64,000 bases of DNA from Octopus vulgaris. Its lineage: Eukaryota. A program made the translations under genes and the position numbers. Of the stretch, positions 14,171-25,807 are shown in pieces. Location of the stretch: the NCBI GenBank assembly GCA_951406725.2, contig OX597832.1:63302001-63366000 (forward strand), written 5' to 3'. The notes under the pieces were generated by a model, which saw only the letters and a program-made list of their open reading frames with translations, ran no database searches and was not told the DNA's origin. Numbering within the stretch: position 1 is the first letter of the stretch; each line of letters starts with the position of its first letter.

Positions 14171-14746
14171 AATAATAATAATAATCACACAAGGCCTAAA
14201 ATTTTGTGGAAGGCAACATCAACCCCAGTGTTCAACATTATCAACACCGAAATGATGAAAGGAATAGTTGAACTCCATGGAATTTGAACTCAAAACATAA
14301 AGAATCGGAAAAATTCTGCTGAACACTTTGTCCGATGCATTTGCAATTTTACCATCTCACCACATTATTATTATTATTATCCTCAATAATAATAACAATA
14401 GTAATAATGGTTTCAAATTTCGCCACAAGGGCAGCCATTTTGGTGGGAGGGGATCTGTCAATTACATCCCAGTGTTTCGCTGGTACTTAATTTATTGACC
14501 CCAAAAGGATGAAAAGCAAAGTTGACCTCGGTGGAATTCGAACTCAGAACATAGTGTCAGACGAAATACTGCTAAGCATTTTACCCGGTGTGCTAACGAT
14601 TCTGCCAGCTCACCACTTTAAATAATAATAATAATAATTATTATTATAATAAAAATTGTACCATTTTATTGCTATGAAGTTATTGTTTAAAATAATATGA
14701 ATAGTTGTTTCTGGAGAATTTCTTATTTTCCTGTTCTGTTTTACAG

Positions 14747-14830
14747 CTCCTGATGGGAAAGAACTTCCAGTGAAACTGAAGAACAAGGGTGATCACATTT
14801 ATCAAGCGGAATGGACTCCCGTAGTTGTTG
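14747..14830 (+). CDS. filamin exon 1 in window (84 nt)
   Basis: ttttacag|..|gtatgt; PDGKELPVKLKNKGDHIYQAEWTPVVVG. Confidence 0.9.
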
Positions 14831-15297
14831 GTATGTCCTTCTTAAACCTTATCATTTTCACAGATGCTCTTCTGTCTCCCACCCTTCTTTAACCCACAAC
14901 TCTCTTCTGATATATTTTCTATCTTTTATCTTTCACTTGGTTCAGTCATTGGATTGTGGCTATGCTGGGTTTAGTTGAAAAATCAACCCACTTTTTTTGT
15001 TTTGGGGGTTTTTTTTCATTTTTAACATTTGATATTTGTTTTGATATTCACTTGCAAGTGATATTTACCTGTGCACAGGTAAGACAGTGCTATCAAAGGG
15101 TCTGGCACATATGGTATTGTATTGGCAATTAACTAAATTAATTAGACATTAACTAAATACAGCTATACTTCTTATCCATCACTTTACTAAATCTGTCCCC
15201 TTCTTCTCTATCAATTCAATTTATATTGACAAATTTAACAGGGCCTTTTTTCCTGTTTCTTGACTTTTTACCTTTTTATCATTTCTCTTACTTATAG

Positions 15298-15435
15298 GGG
15301 ACCACAAAATACAAGTTGCTTATGCAAGTAGCCCAATAAAAAACAGTCCTTTCACTGCCAAAGCGTATGATGCTGGTAGGGTTACAGTGAATCCGGCAAC
15401 AAAAGGAAATCTTGGCAAACCAGTAGAATTTATGC
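15298..15435 (+). CDS. filamin exon 2 (138 nt)
   Basis: cttatag|..|gtaagt; DHKIQVAYASSPIKNSPFTAKAYDAGRVTVNPATKGNLGKPVEFM. Confidence 0.92.
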
Positions 15436-15927
15436 GTAAGTTGACTTTCAAAAACAAATTACTTTTTTGTGACTTTTTTATTTCTTTCCTTTTGATAGTT
15501 TTTATATTTGAAATTTTCATTGTAATTCTTTTACATAAGTCACTGGACAGTGGCCATGCTGGAGCACTACTTTGAAGTGGTTAGTCAAAAGAACGAACCT
15601 CAGCATGCTTTTTAAAATTTTTTTAAAGCCTATTACTATATGTTCTATTAATTTTTGCTGAACCACTAAGTTATGGAAACGTCAACAAACCATTACCTGT
15701 TGTGACATTGTAGCAGGGTACACTTGTGCCAGTACTACATAAATTCCCTCGTGCCAGTGGCACATAGAAAGCATCCAGCATACTCTGTAAAGTGATTGGT
15801 GTTAGGAAGGGCATCCAACCATGACACAACAGACAATTGGAGTTTGGACAGTTCCCCAGCTGGCTACCTCCTGTCAAACTGTCCAACCCATGACGGCATG
15901 GAAAACGAACGTTAAATAATGATGATG

Positions 15928-15975
<48 letters not shown>

Positions 15976-16016
15976 AATGAAAGAGAGAAGATGGAATATA
16001 TAAGAAATTTGTATTA

Positions 16017-16120
16017 ATCACGACAATTGTTTCGACACATCTAGTGTTGATCCCTCACGGGTGGGACACTTAACAACTGGTTCAGGTGTATCCAGCTGTG
16101 TAGATGTCTCATTGAGTGAT
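16017..16120 (-). ncRNA. hammerhead ribozyme-like motif (type I, mutated core) between (TA)n tracts
   Basis: Minus strand ATCAC-tcaATGA-GACATCTA..TAGATGTGTC-GAAAC-aatt-GTC-GTGAT. Confidence 0.55.
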
Positions 16121-16241
16121 AAATAGACACAACTCATTAAAATAATAGTTCTGCAATGTATCTTCTCATTTTGTAGAAAGAGAAGCAGTAAAACGAAGGA
16201 AACGTCTTCATTTATATAGAAGATCAAACTAAAATCACAGA

Positions 16242-16275
<34 letters not shown>

Positions 16276-16620
16276 TCATCATCGTCATCATTTAACGTCT
16301 GCTTTCCATGCTAGCATGGGTTGGACGATTTGACTGAGGACTGGCAAACCAGATAGCTGCACCAGGCTCCAATCTTGATCTAGCAGAGTTCCTACAGCTG
16401 GATGCCCTTCCTAACACCAACCACTCCGAGAGTGTAGTGGGTGCTTTTACGTGCCACCGGCACGAGGGCCAGTCAAGCGATACTGGCAACAGTTATGCTC
16501 AAATGGTGTTTTTTACATGCTACCTGCACAGGAGCCAGTCCAGCGGCACTGGCAATGACCTCACTCAAATGTTTTTTCATGTGCCACCAGCACATATACA
16601 TATATATATATATATGTAGA

Positions 16621-16830
16621 GGCGCAATGGCCTAGTGGTTAGGGCAGCGGACTCGCGGTCGCAGGATCGCGGTTTCGATTCTCAGACCGGGCGTTGTGTG
16701 TGTTTATTGAGCGAAAACACCTAAAAGCTCTACGAGGCTCCGGCAGGGGGTGGTGATCCCTGCTGTACTCTTTCACCACAATGGCGGTGCCCCAGCATGG
16801 CCACAGCTCAAGAACTGAAACTGGAAAAAC
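16621..16830 (+). mobile_element. young tRNA-derived SINE
   Basis: A box TGGCCTAGTGG, B box-like GTTTCGATTC, CpG-rich, non-tRNA 3' body, (AAAC)n tail. Confidence 0.8.
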
Positions 16831-17213
16831 AAAAACAAACAAAACAAACAAACAAAATATATATATAAGTATATGCGTGTATGCTTGCAGACAGAATGGT
16901 TACCACATCAGACAAAAGGCTTAGCAGCATTTCTTTTGTCTCTTTTCAAATCTCACCAGGGTTAGCTTTGTTTTTCATCCTGCCAAAATCAATAAAATAA
17001 AGCACCAGTTAAGAATTAGGTCAATGGGATCTACTAACCTTGCACCAATTTTAAACCACCATCATCATCATAATTATTATTATCATCATTATCCTCTTTT
17101 AATTTTGTTCCCATTTCTTGTTGAGTGTCATCCTGACACCTACGGCAAAGAAACTTACTGTATGCATCGGTAAGTCATTAAAATAAACAAACCAGATTGT
17201 TCATTTACAAAAC

Positions 17214-17249
<36 letters not shown>

Positions 17250-17252
17250 TAG

Positions 17253-17429
17253 TGGATACCAGTAAAGCAGGAATTGGTAATATTGAAATTCTTGTGTCAG
17301 TAAATGGAGAAACTGTACCAAACTATTTTAAGCAAGAAACAAAAGATTCTTGCTTCAGAATATCCTTTACACCACAAGAACCATCCAAACATATGGTCCA
17401 TGTCAAATTCAATGGAGAGCCAGTTCCAG
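17253..17429 (+). CDS. filamin exon 3 (177 nt)
   Basis: tactag|..|gtaaga; DTSKAGIGNIEILVSVNGETVPNYFKQETKDSCFRISFTPQEPSKHMVHVKFNGEPVP. Confidence 0.93.
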
Positions 17430-17609
17430 GTAAGAATTCTCTTGAAATCAAGTATCATGTATATTTTTGTGTGTTTCTGTGAAAGAGAGGTGGGGGGAAG
17501 AGAGTCTGCTAATGTTCTTTGGTTTTTGTGCAAAACTAGATACACACAAAACACACATAATGATAATAATATGGTGTGAATATTTTCATCTCTCCTTCAA
17601 ATATGTATA

Positions 17610-17841
17610 CTGGGTGTTCAAAAAGTCTCTCCACAGTAAGTATTGTAAAATAAATATTTATAAGATGGTATAAGACTACAAAAGGGTATATTAGATTTTA
17701 CAAGACTTTAATAAACTTTATAAGGGGTGTTGAAAGTGTCATGCTTCATTTTCAATCTTTTACTGCCATGTGAGCACTTCCTAGGCTGATTACCGCAGGA
17801 ACAAAAAACATTCACTGCTGAGATATTTTTTGAACACCCTG
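17610..17841. mobile_element. Tc1/mariner-type MITE
   Basis: TA-C(T/A)GGGTGTTCAAAAA...TTTTTGAACACCCTG-TA terminal inverted repeats with TA target duplication. Confidence 0.8.
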
Positions 17842-17867
17842 TATTTCCGATATATTTGTTTCCACAG

Positions 17868-18014
17868 GAAGTCCTTTCCCAGTCAGGATCCTAAACAGTG
17901 AGCGTATCCATGTTTCTGGACAAGCCCTCCAGTTGGCATCAGCCAATACCCTTTCCAGTTTTAAGATCGATCCTAAAGGTGCAGGGGAAGGAGATGTTAC
18001 TGTCAACATTACAG
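17868..18014 (+). CDS. filamin exon 4 (147 nt)
   Basis: ttccacag|..|gtaact; GSPFPVRILNSERIHVSGQALQLASANTLSSFKIDPKGAGEGDVTVNIT. Confidence 0.92.
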
Positions 18015-18420
18015 GTAACTATTATCGGATTGTTGCTTTCTTTTTGTTTTGTTTTTAATTATTTATTTATTGGTATTTGTTTTAATAAATTTTTCTCCAA
18101 TGCCACTGAGTTTAGGAAGTGATTTAATGAAACAAATTATCATCATCATTTTCCTCACTGTTATCATCTTCATCAACATCATCTCACTCGACATCGTCAC
18201 CATCATTGCCATCATTATTGTCATCATCATCTTTCTCATCTTTGTCCTCTTCATTAGCACCATCTATTTGCCATAATTATCATTACTAAAGCTATCATCA
18301 TCATCAGAAATATCATCTTCTTCACTACTGAAATTGTCATTGACAATAACTTTATTACCATCTTAATTGTCATCACGATCACCATCATCATCTCCAATGT
18401 TGAAGTTATCATCATCATCT

Positions 18421-18720
18421 TTACATTGTTTACATTTGATGGATAGTTGTCCTCATCTTGTTTGTTGTTAACACGTTTCGGCTGATATACCCTCCAGCCT
18501 TCATCAGGTGTCATGGAGAAATTTCAAACCTGGGTTCTCATTCTTAAGATATTTTTTGATATTATCATTATTATTCAAGTCACTGCCTGGAATCGATCTT
18601 GGAATCTTGGGGTTAGTAGCCCATGCTCTTAACCACTATGCCATATGCCTACGGGCATATATCCATCAAATGTAAATAATGTAAATAATTCCTCATCTCT
18701 TCTCATGATATAGAACTGTA
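18421..18720 (-). mobile_element. tRNA-head plus hammerhead Penelope-derived short element, copy 1
   Basis: tRNA-like A/B boxes, (TAA)n spacer, CTGATGA-A-GGCTGG..TCAGCC-GAAAC motif at 18470-18512, inverted partial 3' end at 18660-18720. Confidence 0.8.
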
Positions 18721-19205
18721 TCATCATTTTTATTGTCATCAAGGTGAATAGCCATTAGTTTAGAGTGCTACATTCACAATCATAATATCATGAGTTCAGT
18801 TCCTGGACTGGACAGTTCATTATGTCCTTGAGCAAGTACTTCATTTCATGTTGCATTAGTCTAGTCAGCTAAAAACAAATACCTTCTCTCTCTCCTTCCT
18901 GCTGTCACGTCCCTGATGTTCCATGGAGTCAAGAATTGAAGGGCCAATAATGTGTTTATATCTACTCTCAGACACATCACAAGTACCTTAAACAATTAGC
19001 AAAAACATGGTACAAGGTACCAAGAGTGACAGCTAAACTTTAACAACCTTGTCTGAAAATTTCTGGTTTTGTGCCTGCCTCAAAAATCAAATGATTTTCA
19101 ATTTAATGTATTGATTTCTTTTTCTTTTTTTCTTTTTCTCGTTTTTACCCTTTTCTTTAATTACTCTTTTAAAACAATCTGTGTCTCTGTACCCTTATTT
19201 TCCAG

Positions 19206-19289
19206 GACCAAGTGGTAGACAAGTCCCAGCCAGAGTATCTGGTAGCCCCACTTCAGTTTACAGAGTGGATTTTACCCCAACAGAAATAG
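19206..19289 (+). CDS. filamin exon 5 (84 nt)
   Basis: ttttccag|..|gtaagt; GPSGRQVPARVSGSPTSVYRVDFTPTEI. Confidence 0.92.
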   Translation, partial: DQVVDKSQPEYLVAPLQFTEWILPQQK

Positions 19290-20149
19290 GTAAGTCTGAA
19301 CACTTGGTAGGATTAGATTGTCTGTTAACTTAACTCATTTCTTACCATATTTCTGTTGAAATATGCTGCCTCTGTTTTGCTTCATTTTGACAGTAATGAA
19401 GAATTTAGGAAAATAACTTTGTCAGTACTAAACCATTTTTTTTTTTTAGCACATATCTGTTAAACTGTATTGTTTTGCTCTAATTGATTTTTGAAAATAA
19501 TGAAGAATTTAGGAAAATAACTTCATTTATTAAAAGGGAATTTTGATGAAAGGTTTTAATTTAGATCAGTTTAAGATAGGAAGTTTGTATCATGGAATCA
19601 AGGATGGTCTTTGGCAGGTTTGTAACAAAAGGGTTAACTATCTGTACTAGTGTAGTGGACAGAAAGAATTGGTAGAGCATTGAACAAAAGGACTTGTGGT
19701 ATTCAAGCAGATTGATGGAATTGGTAGAACATCAGAGAGATTGTCTTATGATATTTGGTTTATCTCTTTAATGTTCTGAATTCAAAACCTGTTTGGGTTA
19801 ACCTTTTCTTTTGAATATGGAACTGCCAAGCACTCTGGCTAAAATCATTTTGCCTCTCTACCTACAACTGGCAGAAAAGGAAGGGTATGGCAAATAGTGC
19901 AGGTCCAAGATATCACCAGAAATTCTAAGATGTTTCCCACTGAAGTGGCCTTTCATCATAAATTGGATCTAGGGCCTAAAAGAAAATCAACATGAAATGC
20001 CCGTAATTCATTCTGTAATGGCTGATATGATTTTAAACAATGGCAGAAACCATTCCACTTTAATGATGCGGTATTTAATGCTTGGATTTTCACTTGTGGC
20101 AGATAGCCTTGACAGTGGCACATGTTAGTGTGTGTGTGTATGTGTGAAG

Positions 20150-20490
20150 GTGCATGGCTCAGTAGTTACAGCATCAGGCTCCCAATCAGGAGGTAGTGAG
20201 TTCGATTCCTGGACTAGGCTGTGTTGTGTTGTTTTCTTGAGCAAGGCACTTTATTTCACGTTGGTCCAGTTGATTCAGCTGTAGAAATGAGTTGTGACCT
20301 CACTGGTGCGAAGCTGTATCAGTCTTTGTTTTTCCCTTTGATAACTTCGATGGAAAGGAGAGGGGAGGCTGGTATGCATGATTGGTTGCTGGTCTTCCAC
20401 CAGCAACCTTGCCCAGACTTGTGCCTCAGAGAGTAACTTTGTAGGTGCAATCCCATGGTCATCCATGACCAAAACAGGTCTTTACCACAG
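20150..20490 (+). mobile_element. tRNA-derived SINE (CORE-like body)
   Basis: TGGCTCAGTAG A box, GTTCGATTCC B box, cttgagcaaggcacttt core; related pieces near 18745, 41450 and 43600. Confidence 0.7.
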
Positions 20491-20571
20491 ACAGACAGAC
20501 AGATACTTCATTTAACATTATAATTATTTTTTTAAGGGTGTATACATAACACATATTAACATTTCTTTCAG

Positions 20572-20709
20572 GTAAACACACAATCAAAGTATGCTACGAT
20601 GATGTTGAGATAAAAGGTAGCCCTTTCTATTGCAATGTCTTTGATGCCAACTTATCAATTGTGAAAGGATCTTCCAGAGCCTATTTGAACAGAAGCATAA
20701 CCATTCTTG
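20572..20709 (+). CDS. filamin exon 6 (138 nt)
   Basis: tctttcag|..|gtaagt; GKHTIKVCYDDVEIKGSPFYCNVFDANLSIVKGSSRAYLNRSITIL. Confidence 0.92.
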
Positions 20710-21633
20710 GTAAGTATCCTTCCACTGATACACAACCATGTTGTCAATCAATCCAGTATTGAGATAAAGAACAGCTGCTTTTAGGATACTGGTTTAATGT
20801 TTAAAATTTGGAGATCAATTAACCTTGTCTTTATATCATCCTGTGTTTTTAACCCATTACTGCATGGTAACTGGGTACATGAGCTTCTATGCATGTGTAC
20901 TTGAAGCAAATTAACTTGTTTTTAATAGTGGGGTACATTTCAGAATTGTCCACATTTCATATGATATAGTACGCACATTTTATTGTTGTTGACCAATAGA
21001 AAGCAGTTGTGAAAACTGATTTGCATATAATTAGCATGTTACATCACCAGCAAAAATTTAATCAGTGCAGTGAAGTTTAAACATTGCTAATAACAAAGGA
21101 GAAAGAAAGTCACATCAAAATATCTGGATAGAATTTCAGAAAGTTATGATCAAAGGAAAATATTGAAATCAGGAACAGCAGAAGGGTGATTTGAAAGGAG
21201 AAATCCTATATTGTGGACTGTTACTTCCTTCATTGATGAAGGACCATATAAAATTAAGAGGCAGGCATTAATTTCATTTGCCCTGGTTACAGATTGTATA
21301 TGTGCACAGGGACAAGTCTTAGAGAGAACAGTGTCCTCCACCCCACTCACTTTACTGGGTGAGCAAGATATGCACCCAACAGACTTAAATATAAAAACCC
21401 ATCAAAGGAGAGTTTGTTGCAGAGAAGGTATCAGTTAATTATACCTGGAGAGGAAACATGCACCAACAGGTTACATTTCTAATTGAAAACAACATTGCTG
21501 TTCCCTACAGCCACTTTAGAGCATACATTTTTGAAACTTCCATAACATAACAATAATAAAGCATAGTAATAATGATATTAATAATAATAATAATTATTAT
21601 TATTATTATAATAATAATAGAATAACTCAAATA

Positions 21634-22149
21634 TGGACTTAACAGAGAAAAGAAATTGGTACGACCATAAACCCGAAGGCATCATCGAAAATGATAATGC
21701 AAAGATCCTGTGGGATTTTGATTCAGTGTGACTATGAGGTAGAGAATAGGAAGCCAGGCATAGTCTTAATTGAGAAAGAAAACAAACTATGCTGGATCAT
21801 AGATATAGCATACCCAGCTGACAACAAGGTGTGCATTAAGGTAGAAAGAAAAGTCGATAGATATGACAGGTTAGCTTGGGAGGTTAAGCTGTTGTGGTTG
21901 ATGCAAAAGGTGGCAGTAGTACCAATAATTGTCGGAGACTTGGGAACAGTGAGTAAAAATCTTGAGAAGTACATGGAACAAATAGGGGCTGCAATAAGGG
22001 TGGAGCACTTGCAGAAAACAGCACAGCTTGGAACCGCTCAAATTTTCTGGAAGGTGCTCGAAAAATAAGGGACTTTACCTTAGTTCACTGGTAGTGAACA
22101 GCTGATACCATAGTACATCTCCAGTGTGAGAAGCTGTGCAAAGGCAATG
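21634..22149 (+). mobile_element. R4/Dong-like non-LTR retrotransposon, 5'-truncated, with 23-bp TSD
   Basis: Restriction-like endonuclease C-terminus (WYDHKPE..ILWDF..RKPGIVLI..IIDIAYPAD..KVDRY..VVPIIVGDLG); flanked by duplicated ataataatagaataactcaaata at 21611-21633 and 22150-22172. Confidence 0.85.
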
Positions 22150-22583
22150 ATAATAATAGAATAACTCAAATAAAACAATCTTGGTAGACAACATACTATA
22201 CAGTAAGCACCTAATAATCTAAAACTGCCCAACTCCTGCAACATATACTTGACAAGATTAAGGCCCAGTCAAATAACACAACCCACATTATTCATGTGAC
22301 ATATGACACAACAAACACTAATATTACAAGAAAAAGAGAAACTAAATCTAATGCCAAAACAAACTGAACCAGAAGACCAACAGGAAGAGTCTACACTCTT
22401 CCAGTCTTTACAAAAAACATGAACACAATGTTGCCATACACCTCAGGAACATGGAGTTGTACTAGATGATGCAGTAGAAATTTGCAAGAAACTACCGAAG
22501 GAAAACTTGAAAATAACAATGTTAGTAATAATAATAATAATAAAAATAATAATAATGGTGATAATACTAAATTTCTATTTCAG

Positions 22584-22757
22584 TTGATACATCTCCTTCG
22601 GGTGAAGGTCACTTAGAAGCTGAGGTCAAATGCAAAGGGACTTTGGTACGCAGCAATGTCCAAGATTTAGGGGCAGGCAAACATGAGGTAACCTTTACCC
22701 CCCGTGAAGCATCTACCCACATGGTTACACTGTTGTTTAATGGGTACCCTTTACCAG
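22584..22757 (+). CDS. filamin exon 7 (174 nt)
   Basis: tatttcag|..|gtaagc; VDTSPSGEGHLEAEVKCKGTLVRSNVQDLGAGKHEVTFTPREASTHMVTLLFNGYPLP. Confidence 0.93.
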
Positions 22758-22909
22758 GTAAGCAGTTTCATTTTTCATTTGTTATATTACATTGGGAGAC
22801 TGTTTATTTACATGTACTTCACTGGCCAAACAAAATGTCAGATGAAGAGCTGTCACAAACTCATTGCAAAAGGCCTTTGAAATAAAATGCTGGCAGATCA
22901 TATACATAC

Positions 22910-22976
<67 letters not shown>

Positions 22977-23003
22977 TATATATATATATATACACACACA
23001 CAC

Positions 23004-23034
<31 letters not shown>

Positions 23035-23079
23035 TATATATATATACACACACACATATATATACACACACACACACAG

Positions 23080-23400
23080 ACGCACGTGCTATCATTACAC
23101 ACATACACACACATACCTCCTTCTCTTGCACTCTCCTGTCTTTGAAAGAACTTTTTCTTCACCCATTCCCTTCCCATCATTCAAAATGTGACCACGTGTG
23201 TACTGTTGGCGATTATTTTTTTCCTCCGTCTTCCCTTCCTTGGATCTTTCTTTTCCTATGTTTCTGACGAAGAGCTCCACTCGAAACGTTAAATCCTCTT
23301 TCTTTCCTTTCTTGAGCGTCCAATAACAGATTACTTGTTCCATATCCCTGCGTTGTTGTGTTTTCTCTTTGTATTTTCATGTTTGGATTAACTTTATATA
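23080..23400 (+). mobile_element. Penelope-like pLTR remnant between (TA/CA)n tracts
   Basis: Contains a minimal hammerhead motif, pyrimidine-rich body, microsatellite-flanked. Confidence 0.55.
23260..23294 (+). ncRNA. minimal hammerhead ribozyme motif with intact core
   Basis: gttt-CTGACGA-A-GAG-ctcca-CTC-GAAACGT-T-aaat; palindromic ACGT helix III as in Penelope minimal hammerheads. Confidence 0.65.
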
Positions 23401-23428
23401 TATACACATATATATATACACATACACG

Positions 23429-23460
<32 letters not shown>

Positions 23461-23856
23461 TATATATATTTATATATATATATATGTATGTATAGAGAGA
23501 GAAAGGCATGTGCTCAGAATGGACCAGAGGCAGGATACCAATAGTTGCATGAAATTAGACACTACCTAAATAGCCAAAGAAGATCTCATAAAACAGATGA
23601 AAGTGAACTGTTAGTAATGGACCTTGCAGACCACAAAAAGTTAGTAACAAGAAAAAAAGAAAGAAAAGAAAATGGTCATAATGGTGTTGAACTGTTGAAG
23701 TGTTACTTTCCAGCTGACAGTCCAATGATTAAAACAAATAATGAAAGAATAACAGAATATGTGAACAAGTTATAAAAATGCTTCGGACCACATTACATTT
23801 CATTTACTCATGAAGCGCTCTCTCTCCCTCTTTCTTCCCCACCCTTCATATATATA

Positions 23857-23909
<53 letters not shown>

Positions 23910-24156
23910 GTTTAAAGAAAACAGAGATTACACATAGAATATTCATTTTTTAATCATTATGCAGCCATATTAAGTTCTTTTTTGCCTACGTGATGTTTCA
24001 GCCATTTGTCTGTGTCCATACTTGCACGTTAAAGTGTGTTATGATGTAATCGCTAACAAATGGTTGAAACATCAAATAGGCAGAAAAGAAGAACTTAATA
24101 TGACTGCACAATTGTTAAAAAATGAATATTCTATATATATTCTGTTTTGTTTAAAC
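23910..24156. mobile_element. palindromic MITE-like foldback
   Basis: About 100-bp imperfect arms (atagaatattcatttt..cagccatattaagttct..gatgtttcagccatttgt and its reverse complement). Confidence 0.75.
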
Positions 24157-24385
24157 TATTAATTATTTCTCTTATATTGAAAAGAATGAAGTCTCTATAG
24201 GGACAACTGGATTTTCGGAAGTGAAAAGTACTAAGAATGGTCAAACTAGCCAACCACGAACATTAGTAAATAAGCACATGACCGATAACTAGGATTATCA
24301 ATTGATAATAGCACAAAACTGGTTCCCACTCAGATAACATATCCCCCCAAAAATTTTTTTATAAGAAATTTTTGGCAAACAGGCC

Positions 24386-24433
<48 letters not shown>

Positions 24434-24933
24434 TAGGTAGGTAAGTAGAGTTAGTGGTTGGAATAACAATCTAAGGGATAAGAATATCTGTTATTGCTAC
24501 CGGTATAAATTACCTATGTTAACCCTGGTCATAGATATGCAAGTATACTCTGCTCATAGGATATAGGCAATAACAGAATAAACGAGAGTTTATCAGGAAT
24601 CGAATTTAAATTAAACAGAAAATGAAGAAAACTTTTGATCAACAAACAAATTAGCTATCATCAGTTATTATTTTTTTATACAAAACTTTAGCATTGCTTA
24701 CAGCCATTTCTGCTGCCAATGTCTGTCGGTGCCACCAAAGAAAATTATGAGATTCCTGATAAACTTACAGTTATATAATATATATATATATTATATAAAT
24801 ATAAATGAATTATGTGTGTGTGTGTAGATAGATAGACACACATACAGATTACATAATCAATAAAATACTTAAGATTGTATGTAACTGCAATGTTGCCTTC
24901 TTCAAAACCAATACCTTATATTGTCTTAAACAG

Positions 24934-25077
24934 GTTCTCCTCTTCATACTGATGTCTTGGATTCCAGCAGTGTATCTGCAAGTGGTGATGGTTTGAAAAC
25001 AGCTCAAGTGTTTCGATCAACAGGCTTTGACGTTAACACCAATGGTGGACAAGAAGACCTTGATGTTACAATTACAA
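24934..25077 (+). CDS. filamin exon 8 (144 nt)
   Basis: ttaaacag|..|gtaaat; GSPLHTDVLDSSSVSASGDGLKTAQVFRSTGFDVNTNGGQEDLDVTIT. Confidence 0.92.
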
Positions 25078-25247
25078 GTAAATAAATCCATTTAAATAGT
25101 TTTATTTTTATTATTTTTGTGCCTTGGAAGCGATGAGTTGGCAGAACTGTTAGCATGCTGCACAAAGTGGGCATTAAACAATGATGAGGATGATATTCCT
25201 TCTCTCTGTTATGACTTTGATGAATTTATTTTAAAAATGTTTTTCAG

Positions 25248-25469
25248 GCCCAACAAGAACACAATTGCCATTCAGCAAGGTACAAAGAGGCAGTGTCTGT
25301 CATATTGACTTTACCCCTCGAGAAGTTGGTACCTATACAATCGAAGCATTGATTGCAGGAACCCCCATTTCAGGAAGTCCTTTTTATTGCCATGTGTTTG
25401 ACCCTAACCTTGTACGTATCACTGATGTTGACCGGAACGGCAAGGTCCAGAGAGAGATTTACTACACAG
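25248..25469 (+). CDS. filamin exon 9 (222 nt = 84+138 fused)
   Basis: tttttcag|..|gtcagt; SPTRTQLPFSKVQRGSVCHIDFTPREVGTYTIEALIAGTPISGSPFYCHVFDPNLVRITDVDRNGKVQREIYYT. Confidence 0.92.
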
Positions 25470-25505
25470 GTCAGTCTAAGAGTCAGTCTTTCTGTTTTCC
25501 TTTTC

Positions 25506-25548
<43 letters not shown>

Positions 25549-25807
25549 TAATCAGAGGACAGGCAGTGAACTGGTAGAATTTTAAGGATGTCAGACAAAA
25601 GTCTTAGCAACTTTGCTTCTGGCTCTTAACATTTTGGGTTCAAATACCATCAAGGCCAACTTTGCCTTTCATCTTTTCGAGGGATCAATGAAATAAGTAC
25701 CAGTTAAAACAATAGGGTCATTGTAATTGGCTACTCACTCCCTCAACAGTTTCAGTCCTTGTGCTTATAGTAGAAAGAATTATTATTTTTATTATTATTA
25801 TTATTAC

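Noticed and set aside
1-14746. Upstream filamin exon of the ~147-nt class
   Set aside because: No AG-G(S/C)P..-type exon found by eye; it probably lies before the window.
16621-16695. Functional tRNA gene (also at 28490, 44955, 20150)
   Set aside because: A and B boxes are present, but the acceptor stems are incomplete and each continues into a repeated SINE body.
17812-18009. Antisense ORFs over filamin exons (also 15320-15520, 29427-29729)
   Set aside because: Shadow frames of the + strand coding exons.
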